Shown one piece after another: positions 60,718-64,000 of a stretch of 64,000 nt of DNA; the stretch's first letter is position 1, and the number at the start of each line of letters is the position of its first letter. The notes beneath the pieces were generated by a model, which searched no databases, was not told the DNA's origin, and saw nothing but the letters and a program-made list of their open reading frames with translations. The position numbers and the translations under genes are program-made. The stretch comes from Obrimoposthia wandeli. Its lineage: Eukaryota. The stretch spans positions 124,001-188,000 of the forward strand of contig CDROCS010000943.1 of assembly GCA_977020255.1 (NCBI GenBank), written 5' to 3'.

Positions 60718-62553
60718 ATCTATCGTTGAAAATATATCTGTATCATAGTCAGTATCGCTACTACTGCCATATTTTCTTCGATGTCGAAGTCGTCTGTTTT
60801 ATTGTTTCGTTCTAACTCCTGCAAATCAATTCCAATCTGCTTGAAAGCATGTATATCACCGTCTTAGATTCACTGTAATAAAGTTGTTAATCCGAATATT
60901 TTAAACGATTTTTTTTATCAGTTCAACGCTCAGAGACTTTCATGCCACCACCGCATGAGGACCTTTCCAGGAGGTTTAGCATTTACCACTTTCGTTTGAT
61001 TTTCTTCCGAAGTCTAATTGTACGAGTCTAACCATAATTCTCAAGGGAAGCACCATGACATGGTTTATTCCAAGAGATGTCCAGACTTTTATCACACTTT
61101 CCTTTGCAGTAACCTCTACACCTGATACATTAGATTGATTAATTTTTATGTCAAGGTCATGCGAGGAAATATGAACTCTAGTTCTGAAGCTACCTTTTAG
61201 AGGTATAAGGCAAAAAACAGACTAAAAGTTTTATTCTTTGATTATATGTCTTTTCTGTGCAACCAGACTATTAATACAACAAATTGATGGGATGGCAGTT
61301 TATTAGAAAAGAAGCGTTTAGAACGATTACAGTATTATTTTATATTAAATATACATACTGAAAATACATGATTTTTCTTTTAAATTTTACATTTCTTCAA
61401 TGTCATAAACTTTTATTTATTAAATTGATATTAAATAATATGTTTTAAAAATTGATTTATAAAACAATAAATAACTGATACAGCGAGTAAATTATGAGCG
61501 AATTAAAGTTTCTGATCGACGTTAGTTTTGGCATGTAAGAAATGTGGGTATAAATTATTTTAGTGTACCTTGACTGAATAATATTTCATCCAATTCAGCC
61601 CCAGTTCATAGATTCCAATATTTTTCAAATATATTAATATTATTTCATTATTCACAATATCAAATGCTGCATATATATCTGGAAGAATCTTTAGTATACC
61701 TTTTCCATTATTTACCGAGTTGAATCCAATGTTTTCACTAAGCAAGTCCGTTTCAATTCGATGATAACTTAACAATATCAAAGCAAATTTTTCAATATAA
61801 ATTTTTTATAAACAAAATAAACTTTTTTAAACTTTTAAACAATAAATTGAATATTGATTCATTGGGTACAATAAGTAATATGTAATTTACTTCAAATTCA
61901 ACTAAATCATCACTTATATATTTGTTAGTATATATTTTAAATTAATTTAAAACTATCTATGCTGTTACTTTTAAACTGTTGAAAGAGTAGTGGCCAGCAA
62001 CTAGTAAATAGATAATTTTTCTAAGAAAAAATTATGATACAGTAAAATGTTAATATAATAAACAATATTCTCTAATTTTTTGCATTCAACAACAATACCA
62101 ATAATATATTGCATATTGCACTAAAATCCAATAAAGCACTTCATACTTTTCTTTTTTCGTAAATTTTTTCCATTGTAAAGTATAGCTGCTTTTGAATTTT
62201 TCAACATTATCGTTATATAGTCGTTGAATGAAAATATCATTTGAGATATTTAGATATACTCACTGAAAACAGCAATAGATAATATCTTATGTATTTTGTT
62301 GTTGTTGATATTTCAAGTTAGTCTGAAGTAAATTAATGACATAATTTGTCCCATTCTACTGATAACATTTGGGTTGATTAAATAGTAATGTCTTTACATA
62401 GTAAATACTACAATAATAAGAGTATTGATACTTATGCCGTATTGATTGTTAATGATTTGTCTTATTTTAAAAAATCAGTTTTACGTATAAGTTCAATAAA
62501 AATGTTTGATTTTATTATACGATAAGTTGTATGGATAGGATAAGTCATAAAAA

Positions 62554-64000
62554 TTGTCTGGTCATGCCAGACGCAAGTTAAACGAAGAAAAGGAAGCTAA
62601 AGAAAATGCATTGTTAGAAAAAATTCAACCGTTGACAAGCTTTTTCAAACAAAAAACAAGTGGAAGCACTTCATCTGATCCAGCTCAAAATCAACAACAG
62701 GAAAGTCAACAATCGCAATACGAACATGAAAATCCAGAAATACTACAAGAGGATATACAACAAGATTTGCTCCCTGACGTTTTACCAAACTCCGAACTAA
62801 ACGTGGTAAGTGAAAGTGATACTATAGATTTTGTGAATTATGAAGATCCAGCTAAATGGGAAGAATTAACTGAAAAAAAATAACAGAAATAATTAATAAT
62901 ATCTCAGATGTTGATATTAGTAAATTGAACTTTTATGCCTCTAAAGTAACGTATAAAGGCCAAAATAGATGTGCAACCATTACCATATTCTACCGAATTC
63001 TGGCCAACGGTAAAAGGCAGAAACGAAATTGGCTTATATATTCTAAATCAACAGGAAAGTTTATTGCATTTCTTGCTCATTATTTGGTAATATCTGTAAT
63101 TCTTTTACTACGGGTTTTAATGACTGGAAACATAATGAGTATATAACAGTGTTTCATATTTGTCAAAAATATATGCGACGAATTTATTGAAATTTTAGGA
63201 AATCACGTGAGAAGTTCTATTATTGCCGAATTAAAAGAGGCTAAGTATTATTCATTAATAATTGATTCAACTCCTGATATTTCACATCCGATCAGCTCAC
63301 GATTGTAGTCAGATATGTAAATGTCAGTGGAATCGACGTAGAAAGGTTTTTAACTGTTGTGGTAAATGTAGGCCACGAAAGTTCAGAAATTGAAGATGCT
63401 GTTATAAATATTTTGAAAGATTTTGATATTAATCTAGATGATTGTAGAGGGCAGTCCTATGATACTGCTAGCAATATGTCAGGTGTATATACAGGTCTTC
63501 AAGCTCGTGTAAAAGAAAAACAATCTCGCTATTTACGTGCCTTGTGCGGCTCATTCACTAAATTTAATAGGAGAATCTGCTGCAGAATGTTGTATTGAAG
63601 CCACAAGGTTTTTTCTATTGATACAGGAATTATACAATTTTTTCTCAGTTTCAACATATAGATGGCAATTACCAAAAGTCATTTACCAACAAAATGTAAA
63701 GTTCCAAAGAAATTAAGTGACACTCGTTGGTCGGCAAGAGCTGACGCTGTTAATGCAATATCTATGGGATACGAGTGCTTTAAAATGCGTTAAAAAATAT
63801 TTCAGAAGATTCTACGCAAAAGTATACTGCAAAATTTGAAGCAAAAGGAATATTAAATCAATTAGCACTACTCGAATCCACCTTAATGCTTGTTTTTTGA
63901 ATGATATTTTGGAAACAACCAACAAAACTAATAAGTCACTTCAAAACGTTAATATTGATATTGAAAACTATTGTTGAATTATATAACGCACTAGAACTGT
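62554..64000 (+). mobile_element. hAT transposase fossil (Tip100/ZMYM1-like), runs off window
   Basis: RNWLIYS, YYSLIIDSTPDISH, DDCRGQSYDTASNMSG, PCAAHSLNL, LSDTRWSARADA; frameshifted. Confidence 0.92.

Overview
Strongly AT-rich eukaryotic (animal) genomic DNA. It is probably from a flatworm such as a triclad planarian; this is inferred from a divergent 18S rRNA fragment and 37-44 nt introns. Two spliced host genes can be rebuilt from GT-AG exons: a 3-exon clarin-family gene on the minus strand (38511->23260) and, head-to-head with it, an RFX4/6/8-type winged-helix transcription factor on the plus strand (~45270->~60717). The rest is a dense mobile-element landscape. There are three decayed Polinton/Maverick (adintovirus-like) insertions: 1-4247, ~14822-19430 and ~24436-31607, the last inside clarin intron 2. 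Also present are mariner and hAT fossils, pogo-like MITEs, a Ty3/gypsy fossil, an R2/NeSL-type RT fossil and a solo-LTR family. The most interesting material is Polinton cargo and cis-elements. (1) A TBP-like gene can be restored to an uninterrupted 149-aa ORF by removing a hAT insertion and splicing a 37-nt intron. (2) A dual-specificity phosphatase homolog has lost its catalytic loop. (3) Two accessory genes and a ~30-bp upstream motif are shared by two different Polinton copies. (4) The Polinton TIRs carry consensus RFX X-boxes and an 11-bp-periodic TGACCT array. All calls were made by manual reading and translation; no database searches were run.
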